From: an uncultured Armatimonadales bacterium
Lineage (GTDB): Bacteria > Armatimonadota > Armatimonadia > Armatimonadales > Capsulimonadaceae
Length of the DNA: 64,000 bases
Direction: 5' to 3'
NCBI GenBank assembly: GCA_964236795.1
Contig: CAXSFV010000002.1
Location: 58,885-122,884 of the forward strand
The notes beneath the pieces were generated by a model. That model was not told the DNA's origin. It did no database searches and saw nothing but the letters and a program-made list of their open reading frames with translations. Positions 45,736 to 54,920 of the stretch are shown here, piece after piece; position 1 is the first letter of the stretch, and every line of letters begins with the position of its first letter. A program made the position numbers and the translations under genes.

Positions 45736-46296
45736 TCATTTGTGGGCAGTAAGGATAGCGGCTTGTGCCAGCGCAATGCCTTCAGTTCCATCGCGCTGCG
45801 GGTCTTGGCTCGCGAAGAGAACGATCCTTTGGTGGTCGCGGGCAACAAACTGGATGCCGCTCATGGGAGTGCCAGTCTGATTATCGTTTCCTGCCCAGCA
45901 AGCCCGCAAAAATCGCAGACCATGAATCATCACCGGCTGCGCGGGTGTCACCTGCCAATTTGTGATAATATGTTTTTTCCCGTTCAGGAAATTGTCTGAA
46001 AGAAACGGAAGCGTTGCTCGTGCCGACTGTTCAGCAGGGATTGTCGTCACCATCATCACAAGTGTCGGGTGTGTGCCGTCGGGGCGTTTTGGTCCAATCC
46101 ATGCACATGCAATGGCACCAACAGGCGCAGAAGGGGCGTTGAGAACACGGTATCCAGCGGGAGGCTGAAGGGAGATGCCTGAAACCGCGACAGGTGGGCC
46201 GAGCGTCTTTGAAGCAGCGAAAGCACCCATCGGGCAAGCAAGCAAGAGCGCGACCAACGGAAGCGGAACAGCCGAGAAGACATTGTGGATTTTCAT
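45736..46296 (-). CDS. secreted hypothetical protein
   Basis: ORF trimmed to ATG 46296. Signal peptide MKIHNVFSAVPLPLVALLLACPMGAFAA. I recognise no domain. It interrupts the trp gene run on the opposite strand. Confidence 0.55.
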   Translation of the reverse strand: MKIHNVFSAVPLPLVALLLACPMGAFAASKTLGPPVAVSGISLQPPAGYRVLNAPSAPVGAIACAWIGPKRPDGTHPTLVMMVTTIPAEQSARATLPFLSDNFLNGKKHIITNWQVTPAQPVMIHGLRFLRACWAGNDNQTGTPMSGIQFVARDHQRIVLFASQDPQRDGTEGIALAQAAILTAHK

Positions 46297-46340
46297 AAAG
46301 CTGTTGTTGGCCAATAGCAAGAGAAACTTGAGAGTACCTG

Positions 46341-46376
46341 CGCTGTCTGCCTTCCCGTCGCTGTCTGCCCTCCCGT
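46341..46376. repeat. 18-bp direct repeat x2 abutting the -35 of the trpB promoter
   Basis: cgctgtctgccttcccgt / cgctgtctgccctcccgt. Confidence 0.85.
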
Positions 46377-46404
46377 TGACTTCTGCCGCGCACAGTGCTA
46401 CAAT
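46376..46404 (+). promoter_or_regulatory. trpB promoter (TTGACT-17 nt-TACAAT)
   Basis: Same hexamers and spacing as the recA promoter. GAAGGAAG RBS before ATG 46437. Confidence 0.6.
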
Positions 46405-46436
46405 GACTGCACGATTTAGAAGGAAGTGCTTCTTTG

Positions 46437-47690
46437 ATGACCATGACAGGCGCAGTGCGCGAATTTGTCGAAACGAACTCGGCGGAGACCGCGCCGGACC
46501 AATTTGTGGCCGACGCGCAGGGGCGGTTCGGCGGGGAGTTCGGCGGGCGGTTTGTGCCGGAAACGATTATCCCGGCGCTTGACGAGCTGACGGACGCTTA
46601 CGCCAAAGCAAAGGCCGATCCGGCATTCAAAACCGAGTTTGATTACTACGCCAAAAACTATGTCGGGCGGGCGACGCCGCTGTTTTATGCCGAAAAGATG
46701 ACCCGCGAGCTGGGCGGGGCGCGGATCTGGCTGAAGCGTGAAGACTTGGCCCACACCGGGGCGCACAAGATCAACAACGCGCTGGGGCAGATTTTGCTGG
46801 CAAAGCGCATGAACAAGCCGCGCATCATCGCCGAAACCGGCGCGGGACAGCACGGGGTCGCGACGGCGACGGCGTGTGCGCTCTTCGGCTACAAGTGCGT
46901 GGTCTACATGGGCGAGGAAGATGTGAAGCGGCAGGCGCTGAATGTTGTCCGCATGAAGCTGCTCGGCGCGGAAGTTCGGCCGGTGTCATCGGGGACCAAA
47001 ACGCTTAAAGATGCCCTGAACGAGGCCATGCGCGACTGGGTCACGAACGTTCACAACACCCACTATATCATCGGCACGGTCGCCGGGCCGCATCCGTATC
47101 CGACAATGGTGCGGGACTTCCAGAGCGTCATCGGCATTGAAGCCCGCCAGCAGATTTTAGAAGAAACCGGCGGCCTGCCCGATGCCGTGGTCGCCTGCGT
47201 CGGCGGCGGCTCGAACGCCATGGGCATCTTTTATCCGTTTGTCCGCGACGCCGCTGTCCGGCTGATCGGGGTCGAGGCTGCCGGGGACGGCGTTCATACG
47301 AAGAAGCACGCGGCGACCTTGACCGCAGGCTCCAAAGGCGTCCTGCACGGGTCGTCGTCGTATGTCTTGCAGGACGACTACGGCCAGGTGATTGAAACCC
47401 ATTCCATTTCGGCGGGCCTGGACTACCCCGGCGTCGGCCCGGAACACGCTTTCTTCAAAGAGATCGGCCGCGCTGAGTATGTGTCCATTACCGACGAAGA
47501 AGCGTTAGATGCTTTTCAATGGACCTCGCGTACCGAAGGCATTATCCCGGCCTTAGAAACCGCCCATGCGTTTGCCCATCTCCGCAAGTTGGCCCCGCAG
47601 ATGTCGCCGGAGCAGAACGTGATTGTGTGCTTGTCCGGGCGCGGCGATAAAGACGTGGACTCCGTCGCCGTCCGTCTGGGGCTGCTCTGA
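46437..47690 (+). CDS. trpB: tryptophan synthase beta chain
   Basis: [35 protein letters not shown] (PLP lysine), [10 protein letters not shown], and GGGSNAMG. Confidence 0.95.
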   Translation: MTMTGAVREFVETNSAETAPDQFVADAQGRFGGEFGGRFVPETIIPALDELTDAYAKAKADPAFKTEFDYYAKNYVGRATPLFYAEKMTRELGGARIWLKREDLAHTGAHKINNALGQILLAKRMNKPRIIAETGAGQHGVATATACALFGYKCVVYMGEEDVKRQALNVVRMKLLGAEVRPVSSGTKTLKDALNEAMRDWVTNVHNTHYIIGTVAGPHPYPTMVRDFQSVIGIEARQQILEETGGLPDAVVACVGGGSNAMGIFYPFVRDAAVRLIGVEAAGDGVHTKKHAATLTAGSKGVLHGSSSYVLQDDYGQVIETHSISAGLDYPGVGPEHAFFKEIGRAEYVSITDEEALDAFQWTSRTEGIIPALETAHAFAHLRKLAPQMSPEQNVIVCLSGRGDKDVDSVAVRLGLL

Positions 47691-47693
47691 AAA

Positions 47694-47817
47694 CGAGACG
47701 AATCGAGAGGGAATGAATTCCTCTCGCTGAATAACGTCCTTCGGACGAAGAGAAAGTCAGCATTCGCCAGTTCTGCATCCGAAGGATACTATTCAGCGAG
47801 AGGAATTCATTCCCTCG
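47694..47817. repeat. family-1-type long-hairpin element between trpB and trpA
   Basis: ~42-bp arms: cgagagggaatgaattcctctcgctgaataacgtccttcggacg and catccgaaggatactattcagcgagaggaattcattccctcg. Confidence 0.75.
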
Positions 47818-47836
47818 CTTTGCTGCCTGCTAACCT

Positions 47837-48667
47837 ATGCCAAACCGCCTCGACCGGACATTCGCCCGCCTCCAAGCCGCCCAGGAAGGCGCACTTGTGA
47901 CCTTTATCACGGCAGGCGATCCTGACCCCGCCGGAACACCTGCGCTTGTCGCCGCGCTGGCGCAGGCTGGGGCGGACGTGGTGGAACTCGGCATTCCCTA
48001 CTCCGACCCGCTGGCGGACGGCCCAATCATTCAGGCGTCTTCCCAGCGCTCGCTGGAGGCCGGCATCACGCCTGACACGGTCCTGCAAATGGTCCGGGAA
48101 ACCCGCATCCTGACCGATGTGCCGATTGTGCTGATGACTTCCTACAATCTCGCTCTGCGCTACGGCCTGACCCGCTTTGCCCAGGTCTTCGCCGACGCCG
48201 GGGCCGACGGCACGATCTTGACGGACCTGCCGCCGGAAGAAGCCGGACCGTGGAAGGCGGCGTCGGACGCCGCCGGTCTGGCAACCATCTTCCTCGTCGC
48301 CCCGACCTCGACCGCGCACCGCATTGCGCTGATCGCCCACAACACGACCGGATTTGTTTACTGCGTTTCCCGCACCGGCGTCACCGGCGCACGGGACGCG
48401 ATGGACCCGGCGCTTGCCGCGCTCCTCACCCGCATCCGTGCCGCCACCGACAAGCCGCTCTGCGTCGGCTTCGGCATCTCGCGCCCGGAACACGTCACGC
48501 AGGTGCTGGAAATCGCCGACGGCGCAGTCATCGGCAGTGCATTGGTAGATTTCCTGCACACGTCGAAACGCGACCCGAAGCAACTGGAGGACTTAGCGGG
48601 GCTGGTGTCGTCCTGGAAGGCAGCGACGAGAACCTACCCCAGCGCAAGCGCCGGGGTGGGTTCCTGA
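47837..48667 (+). CDS. trpA: tryptophan synthase alpha chain
   Basis: ALVTFITAGDPD, ADVVELGIPYSDPLADGPIIQ, and YCVSRTGVTG. Confidence 0.93.
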   Translation: MPNRLDRTFARLQAAQEGALVTFITAGDPDPAGTPALVAALAQAGADVVELGIPYSDPLADGPIIQASSQRSLEAGITPDTVLQMVRETRILTDVPIVLMTSYNLALRYGLTRFAQVFADAGADGTILTDLPPEEAGPWKAASDAAGLATIFLVAPTSTAHRIALIAHNTTGFVYCVSRTGVTGARDAMDPALAALLTRIRAATDKPLCVGFGISRPEHVTQVLEIADGAVIGSALVDFLHTSKRDPKQLEDLAGLVSSWKAATRTYPSASAGVGS

Positions 48668-49341
48668 TGTATTCTAAAGAACAGTTCGCCAAAACTCTAG
48701 ACAATACCCTGCTGCGCCCGACAAGCACGCTGGTGGAAGTTCAAGCTCTCTGCGACGACAGTGCCACTCGGCACTTCGCCGCTGTCTGCATTCTGCCCTG
48801 CTGGGTCGGCGCGGCGGCCCGCGCCCTCAGCGGCACGGATGTCAAAGTTTGTACTGTGGTCTCGTTCCCCTTTGGCGCGGGGACACGGCTGGCAAAGGTC
48901 TTTGAGGCCAAAAACGCCGTCGCGAACGGGGCTACAGAAATTGACGTGGTGATGAACCTTTCCCGCTTCAAGTCCGGCGACTTAGACTATGTCCGGGAAG
49001 ACCTACGTGGGGTCGCTGATGCTGTTAAAGGCGCAGCTCTGCTCAAAGTGATTATCGAGACCTGCTACCTCAGCCCGGACGAGATAGATACGGCGAGCCG
49101 GTTAGTGCAGGAAGCGGGCGCGGACTTCGTGAAAACGTCTACCGGCACGGCAGGCGGCGGCGCGACAGCCGATGACGTCCGGCGCATCCGCCGGGCCGTC
49201 GGCGCATCTGCCATCGGCATTAAAGCCTCCGACGGCATCAAGACGGTAGACTCGGCGCTTCAAATGCTGGACGCTGGGGCTAACCGGATCGGCACATCGT
49301 CCGGCGCTGCTCTTTACGATGCTTACCGCCCGCAGGACTGA
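48667..49341 (+). CDS. deoC: deoxyribose-phosphate aldolase
   Basis: ORF 48250..49341 trimmed to ATG 48667, which overlaps the trpA TGA by 1 nt. LDNTLLRP, KVCTVVSFPFGA, and DFVKTSTG (Schiff-base lysine). Confidence 0.88.
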   Translation: MYSKEQFAKTLDNTLLRPTSTLVEVQALCDDSATRHFAAVCILPCWVGAAARALSGTDVKVCTVVSFPFGAGTRLAKVFEAKNAVANGATEIDVVMNLSRFKSGDLDYVREDLRGVADAVKGAALLKVIIETCYLSPDEIDTASRLVQEAGADFVKTSTGTAGGGATADDVRRIRRAVGASAIGIKASDGIKTVDSALQMLDAGANRIGTSSGAALYDAYRPQD

Positions 49342-49346
49342 GCGCT

Positions 49347-50129
49347 ATGCCTGCTTACACCACCGATGCCGTGGTTCTCCACCGCCGCCATTTCGGCGAG
49401 ACGGACAACATTTTGACCCTGTATTCGCCGGGGATCGGACGCTTTTCCGCTATTGCCAAAGGCGCCCGCAAAGCCGTCTCGCGCCTTTCCGGCGCTACCG
49501 AGGTCCTTACCTGCACCCGGTTTGGATTGGCGTCCGGCAAGTCGCTCGAAATCGTCACTCAAGTGGAAGTGCAGGAAACGTACTCCGCCCTCCGCAAAGA
49601 CTTGGTGCGTTTGGCCCATGGACTTTATCTCGCCGATTTAGTGGAACACTCGGTCGAAGACCACGCCCCAAACCCTGTTCTCTACGACATGCTCTTAAAC
49701 GCCCTGCGCCAAACGGAGACCCTGCCCGTGCCGGAGCTGGCCGCCCGCTGGTTCGAGATCCAGCTTCTCGGCGACCTCGGCTATGCCCCCAATTTGGCCG
49801 AATGCGCCGTCTGCCATGTCCCCCTGCCCGGCACGTTTACTCGCGACGACCTCTTCGCCCTGTCCGCGTCCTTCGGCGGCGCTCTGTGCCCGTTCCACGC
49901 TCATCCCGAATTCAACGGCGACCACAGCCCGCTTGGCCTCGGCGCTCTGCGCCTCCTGCTCACGCTCGAAGCCCTCGGCCCCAGCGGCAGCGAAGCCTTG
50001 CCCGCCCTGCCCGCCGCTGGCCCCAAAAGCCTCGACCAAGTCCGCCTCGCCCTCCGCCGCTCCCTCCGCTTCCGTTTAGAGCGCGACCTGAAAAGCCTGG
50101 AGTTCTTAGACAGCCTGCGGCCCGGATAG
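49347..50129 (+). CDS. recO: DNA repair protein RecO
   Basis: TDAVVLHRRHFGETDNILTLYSPGIGRFSAIAKGARK (OB fold) and a Cys motif, CAVCH...CPFH. Confidence 0.88.
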   Translation: MPAYTTDAVVLHRRHFGETDNILTLYSPGIGRFSAIAKGARKAVSRLSGATEVLTCTRFGLASGKSLEIVTQVEVQETYSALRKDLVRLAHGLYLADLVEHSVEDHAPNPVLYDMLLNALRQTETLPVPELAARWFEIQLLGDLGYAPNLAECAVCHVPLPGTFTRDDLFALSASFGGALCPFHAHPEFNGDHSPLGLGALRLLLTLEALGPSGSEALPALPAAGPKSLDQVRLALRRSLRFRLERDLKSLEFLDSLRPG

Positions 50130-50135
50130 AAAACT

Positions 50136-50513
50136 ATGTTTGAAGCTATTAGATGGCGCATGTTCCTTCGGGTCGCCAATGAGCGAAAAGTTGCGAAGAT
50201 TTTGCAGCGTCTCGGCGAGGCTTCGGGGTGCGAGATGGTTTTAAAAAGCTGTGAACGCTACTGGAAGGACACATCACTTTTCGATGTCCGCTTCTGTACC
50301 TCACTTCAGTCTAATAGCATTGCCGACGCAACTTTTCGTACATTGTGCATCTGCGGAAAGATGATGCCACGGTGGACTGTTTCTGCACCTTCGGCGTATT
50401 CTGAGGAGCGATGGGAGTTCAGTGGAGACTCAATGAACATGGCTCAGGGAATCGAGCTTGTCTTCTTTTCGGTGAACAATTTCTCGAACCAGCCTCAAGA
50501 ACCCATGTCCTGA
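50136..50513 (+). CDS. hypothetical cytoplasmic protein (orphan, AT-richer)
   Basis: 125-aa ORF, AT-richer than its neighbours, with no domain I recognise. Its 3' end runs into a 43-bp inverted repeat. Confidence 0.4.
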   Translation: MFEAIRWRMFLRVANERKVAKILQRLGEASGCEMVLKSCERYWKDTSLFDVRFCTSLQSNSIADATFRTLCICGKMMPRWTVSAPSAYSEERWEFSGDSMNMAQGIELVFFSVNNFSNQPQEPMS

Positions 50514-50646
50514 AGGACACGGCTATTGGGCGAGGACGCCGGGAACTACGCCTTCGGCGCACTGGGAACAATTCGGTCTTTTCCTAGCCCCGCGAAGCGG
50601 TGGGTTCCCGGCGTCCTCGCCCAATAGCCGTGCCCTTCAGGACATG
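50504..50646. repeat. family-5 long-hairpin element (43-bp arms, 57-nt centre)
   Basis: catgtcctgaaggacacggctattgggcgaggacgccgggaac (50504-50546) and its complement at 50604-50646 with one mismatch. Confidence 0.9.
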
Positions 50647-50658
50647 GTTCAAAGATGT

Positions 50659-51684
50659 TTAGGATGTCGGAAACGGGTTGCGGGCGAAGCCGTCCTGGTG
50701 CCAGTAGGGGTAGATGCGCGTGACCGCGCTCGCTTTGTCCAGACGTGCCACCTGATCCGGGGTCAGGTTCCAGCCGACGGCACCCAAATTTTGCCGAAGC
50801 TGTTCTTCGTTCCGGGCGCCAATGATGATGCTGCTCACGGTCGGGCGCGACAAAAGCCAGTTCAGCGCGACCTGCGGCACGGTCTTTTCCACTTCGGCGG
50901 CTACGGCATCAAGTGCGTCTACAACGCTGTAGACGTATTCGTCGGACACTGGCGGTCCGGCGTCGGCAGTGACATGGAGACGGCTGCTTTCCGGCAGCGG
51001 CTGACCCCGCCGTATCTTGCCCGTAAGGCGTCCCCAGCCGAGGGGACTCCAGACCATCGCGCCGACGCCTTGGTCTATGCCGAGCGGCATCAGCTCCCAC
51101 TCGTACTCGCGCCCGATCAATGAGTAATACGCCTGGTGGGCAACGTAGCGGGCTAGGCCGTACTTTTCGGAGATCGCCAGCGACTTCATCAAATGCCAGC
51201 CGGAAAAGTTCGAGCAGCCAATATACCGGATCTTACCTGCTTTGACAAGATCATCCAGTGTACCGAGGGTTTCTTCAATCGGAGTCAGCGCGTCAAAGCC
51301 ATGAAGCTGGAACAAGTCAATGTAGTCCGTGCCGAGGCGGCGCAGAGAGGCTTCCACGGATCTGATGAGATGGAAGCGCGAGGAACCGACATCATTCGGG
51401 CCGTCACCCGCCGTAAATGTCGCTTTGGTGGAGATCAGCGCTGAGTCCCGGCGTCCGGCAATGGCTTTGCCGAGTATTTCTTCTGCCAGACCGCCGGAGT
51501 AGACATCCGCGCTGTCGAACATCGTCAAGCCGGCGTCGAGGCAGACATCTACCAGGCGAGTCGCTTCCTCCACATCGCTGCTGCCCCACGCCTCAAAGAA
51601 CTTGCCGCGCCCGCCAAACGTGCCGGTGCCGAAGGAGAGGGCCGGGACTTTGAAGCCTGACCGTCCGAGTAAGTTGTAGTCCAT
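50659..51684 (-). CDS. aldo/keto reductase
   Basis: LGRSGFKVPALSFGTGTFGG, FDSADVYSGG, LHGFD, and IGCSNF. Confidence 0.9.
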   Translation of the reverse strand: MDYNLLGRSGFKVPALSFGTGTFGGRGKFFEAWGSSDVEEATRLVDVCLDAGLTMFDSADVYSGGLAEEILGKAIAGRRDSALISTKATFTAGDGPNDVGSSRFHLIRSVEASLRRLGTDYIDLFQLHGFDALTPIEETLGTLDDLVKAGKIRYIGCSNFSGWHLMKSLAISEKYGLARYVAHQAYYSLIGREYEWELMPLGIDQGVGAMVWSPLGWGRLTGKIRRGQPLPESSRLHVTADAGPPVSDEYVYSVVDALDAVAAEVEKTVPQVALNWLLSRPTVSSIIIGARNEEQLRQNLGAVGWNLTPDQVARLDKASAVTRIYPYWHQDGFARNPFPTS

Positions 51685-51702
51685 GCTTTCCTATCCCCAC
51701 CA

Positions 51703-53172
51703 TCACTCGTACCGAAACGCCGTGTCGGCAAGCTGAACGGTATCGCCGGATGACAGCAGGCGCGGATCGCTCACCCGCCCGCCGTTGACGAACGTGCCGT
51801 TGGAGGAGCCGTCGTCGGCGACAAAGTGGCGGCCATCGGCATAAGTCACCCGCGCGTGGGCGCGGGAAACTGAGGTATCGGCGGGCAGCGGGATGTCCCG
51901 CTCCACGGCCCGGCCAATCGTCGCGGGAACGTGCGACAGCGGGAACGACTGGCCGGTGTAGGGTCCCTGCACGGCAACTAGCCGCGAGCCGAGGCCGCCG
52001 AAGCCCGGCCCGGTCAGCACCGTCGCGTCGGTGGAACTACTGGGCGTCGGAGCCGCGCCCATCTGCGCGACAATGTCGTCAGGCGTCGTCAGCGGCGGGC
52101 GGATGGGCGGCGATACGACGGACAACTCTTCGCCGACAGTGCGGGTTGCAGGCCGCAGACTGTCCTGCAGGACTGCCGTGTGAGGCACGGACGCCGCGCC
52201 TTTTCGGGTTGCCTTCTCCAAAAAAAGCAGCGTCCGCTTTCCCACTTGTATCGTGTCGCCGTCCACCAGCCACTGCTCTCCGACCACAGGATAGCCATTC
52301 ACGAAGGGCGGCGCATACTCGACTCCCCGCTTATTCGCCTCCATTACGGCCCGCAGTCGGTGCCGGTTTTGGGCGGGAAGCGCCTCAATCGCGGCATGAG
52401 TCGGGGCAACAGACGGGTCGCCAAATAGGCCGATGTCCGCGAGTTCACTGCGTCCAATCGTCGTTACCGGCTTTGCTATCAAATACTCTTTGCCTTCGTT
52501 CCGGCCCAAGACTACTCGTATCCACGCCTGCTTGAACAAGTTCTGGACCAGGCCGACAAAGAACCCGGCCAGCGCTCCGGTCGCCATCAGCGCAAGCAGC
52601 CGGCTGAGCGACGACGGAAAATCGAGGCCGCTAAGAATCTGGAACACGGTGCCGCCCAAGAACCCCCCGACAAAGCCGCCGAACGCCCCCTGCCGGGCGA
52701 TAATTGCCGACCGGCTGCCGATGCCCTGCGCCGCGCCGACAATCCCGCCGATAAGCGCGTAGCCGAGCGCCCTCCCGACAACCAGCACCAGAAACTGCCC
52801 TGGGTTGTGCGGCGACTCGTCGGCCCGCAGCCCAGTCGAGTTATAAATCAAGCCGTACACAATCTGCCCCACGCCCAGGCCGATCCAGCCGGCGACCGCC
52901 CCTGCCGCCGCTCCTATTGCCAGTGCCTGGGTCTGGCGCTGCCGCGTTTCCAGCGAGAGCGAGTCTACCAGCGCGAGCAGCAGGCCAAGCAGCAGGCCGA
53001 AGATGATGCCGTACAAGAGAAATTTGAAGTTTGAGAACAGGCTGAGCCGCAGGACATGGTTCGGCTGGAACACGTCCGCAAACCAGCCGGTCGGGTCGGT
53101 CAGCACCCAGGCCAAAAATCCGGCGAGTGCGCCCGCCAGGAGGTTAAGATAAGTTTTGGCTTGAAGTGACAT
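51703..53172 (-). CDS. membrane protein with two FHA domains
   Basis: ORF trimmed to ATG 53172. ~6 TM segments, then FHA 1 (TTIGRSELADI.L.D.SV...HA) and C-terminal FHA 2 (ATIGRAVERDIPLPADTSVSRAHARV....SSNGTFVNG). Confidence 0.8.
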   Translation of the reverse strand: MSLQAKTYLNLLAGALAGFLAWVLTDPTGWFADVFQPNHVLRLSLFSNFKFLLYGIIFGLLLGLLLALVDSLSLETRQRQTQALAIGAAAGAVAGWIGLGVGQIVYGLIYNSTGLRADESPHNPGQFLVLVVGRALGYALIGGIVGAAQGIGSRSAIIARQGAFGGFVGGFLGGTVFQILSGLDFPSSLSRLLALMATGALAGFFVGLVQNLFKQAWIRVVLGRNEGKEYLIAKPVTTIGRSELADIGLFGDPSVAPTHAAIEALPAQNRHRLRAVMEANKRGVEYAPPFVNGYPVVGEQWLVDGDTIQVGKRTLLFLEKATRKGAASVPHTAVLQDSLRPATRTVGEELSVVSPPIRPPLTTPDDIVAQMGAAPTPSSSTDATVLTGPGFGGLGSRLVAVQGPYTGQSFPLSHVPATIGRAVERDIPLPADTSVSRAHARVTYADGRHFVADDGSSNGTFVNGGRVSDPRLLSSGDTVQLADTAFRYE

Positions 53173-53180
53173 GGATTTTG

Positions 53181-53320
53181 GTCCCGCCATGAATGGCAGG
53201 TCTAGAGGCGGAGCGCCAACCGCCCTGCGGGCGGAAGAGTAGAAAAGCATCGGTCAGTAGCATTGTCGGTCGCAGACCGATTGGCGTCTGCGCCCCCAGA
53301 CCTGCCATTCATGGCAGGAC
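53181..53320. repeat. family-4 long-hairpin element (42-bp arms)
   Basis: gtcccgccatgaatggcaggtctagaggcggagcgccaaccg against cgattggcgtctgcgcccccagacctgccattcatggcaggac. Each arm has a cctgccattcatggcagg-type sub-hairpin. Confidence 0.8.
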
Positions 53321-53346
53321 ACAACGCGGCGGGACAAGTCGCTTCC

Positions 53347-54045
53347 TCACCCCGTCGAAAACACAATCCGGGCCACATCGCGGAACTGCCGGGCGCGGTG
53401 CTTCAAACTCGGCCAGTCGCCGCCGGTGACGTGGTGCCGGAACTCGGTCTCGACTTCCATGACCCGGAACCCGGCTTGCAGGGCACGGATGGTCAAGTCT
53501 ACTTCCACCCCAAAGCCCGGCGCGAACTTGCCGCCGAGGGCATCAAAAACGGATTTCCGAACGGCCCGCTGGCCCGACAGCGGCTGCTGGAATGTCTGCC
53601 GCGTGCGGTGTTCAATCCCCTGCCGGGCGAGACGCACGACAAAGCCGCGTCCGCCGGACTGGCCGGTCGCAGCAAACGCCGGGTCCGGCGGCAGCATTCC
53701 CACCGTCATGTCGGCGTCGCCCGCCAAAAGGGGCGGCAGCAGCTTCACGGCCTCCCCGGCGGACGCGCCCAGATCCGCGTCCAGCAGCAGAAAGAGGTCG
53801 CCCCAGTCGCGGGCGGCGGCGTAAGCCGCCGTGAGCGCCGCCCCTTTGCCGCCGTTTCGGCCGGTCAGCACATGCCCTGCGCCGGCAGACCGGGCCGCGT
53901 CCGCCGTGCCGTCGGAAGAGCCGTCGTCCATCACCACGATCTCGCTGATCTCAGGCCGCGCCTTCAGTGAGGCGATAGTCAGTCCGATACGCCCCACTTC
54001 ATTGTACGCCGGCACTAATGCACAGACGCGCGGGAAGTCGTTCAT
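53347..54045 (-). CDS. glycosyltransferase family 2
   Basis: VCALVPAYNEVGRIG....VVMDDGSSDGT...GGKGAAL...LLLDADL. Confidence 0.8.
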   Translation of the reverse strand: MNDFPRVCALVPAYNEVGRIGLTIASLKARPEISEIVVMDDGSSDGTADAARSAGAGHVLTGRNGGKGAALTAAYAAARDWGDLFLLLDADLGASAGEAVKLLPPLLAGDADMTVGMLPPDPAFAATGQSGGRGFVVRLARQGIEHRTRQTFQQPLSGQRAVRKSVFDALGGKFAPGFGVEVDLTIRALQAGFRVMEVETEFRHHVTGGDWPSLKHRARQFRDVARIVFSTG

Positions 54046-54920
54046 GGGGCCGCCGTGCCTCCGAGCGAGTCGGGCAGCCGCAGCTTGGCCGTAGCTTTGA
54101 GGCCGTAGTCGCCGGTCTCGCCGCGCAGGGCAAACGGCAGGGCGATCTGGCCGAGCGGCAGGTCAACGCAGTCCACGGTCGCGATCCCGGCGGCTTGGTA
54201 GACTGGGACCGAAGACGATGCCGCCGAGTACGGCTCGCAGCCGACGATCGTGACCGGGCTTGCGAGCGACTGAAACCCGGCAAGGAGACTGCTATCAACT
54301 GCCATATCCGGCGTGTCGGCGCTGCTGCCGCCGACGAGAACAAAGAGTGTGCAGGGCTGAGATAGGTCACCGGAGACAGTCAGCAGGCTCGCCGCCTGAA
54401 GAGCCGCCGGCACGGCGGGGTCGGCGGACGCGGGAACATCTGCCGTCCCCGACGCCAGCGCCGACGCCAGCGATGCCAGCAGCGCCTTGTCCTGCGCCGC
54501 CGGGTCGAGTACGCCCGACGGCAGCACGGCTCGCTGCCGGGCCGTCAAGCTGTCCCAGCGTCCGGTGAGTACCAGGGTCGCCGTCACGGTCGCCCCGGCG
54601 TCTTCTAAAGATTGGTTTGCAGCTTGGGTCGCATCGGAGTAATCGCCGGTTTGGATCAGCACCACCCGCTTGCCCGCCAGCTTGCCGCGCACCAGTGTTG
54701 GCCGAAGTGAAGCCAGCGCCTGCTCGTCATCGTTCAGGCGGCCCTCGATCTGGTTGCGGTCGTGAACCACCGCGTTGGTCTGGTCGGCCAGCTTCTTCAC
54801 GACTTCCCGCTGCTGGTTCATCTGCACCGGGCCGTAAAACGAGGCACCGATGGCGACACCGAAGCCAAGCATCATAAAAATCGCAATAGAATAAAACAAG
54901 TGGTAGCGGGCGTCAAGCAT
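54042..54920 (-). CDS. MctB-like (copper-transporter family / DUF3186) membrane-anchored protein
   Basis: ORF trimmed to ATG 54920. The N-terminus MLDARYHLFYSIAIFMMLGFGVAIG matches the M.DFRYHLVSL.AVFLAL motif of this family, as I recall it. Confidence 0.5.
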   Translation of the reverse strand: MLDARYHLFYSIAIFMMLGFGVAIGASFYGPVQMNQQREVVKKLADQTNAVVHDRNQIEGRLNDDEQALASLRPTLVRGKLAGKRVVLIQTGDYSDATQAANQSLEDAGATVTATLVLTGRWDSLTARQRAVLPSGVLDPAAQDKALLASLASALASGTADVPASADPAVPAALQAASLLTVSGDLSQPCTLFVLVGGSSADTPDMAVDSSLLAGFQSLASPVTIVGCEPYSAASSSVPVYQAAGIATVDCVDLPLGQIALPFALRGETGDYGLKATAKLRLPDSLGGTAAP

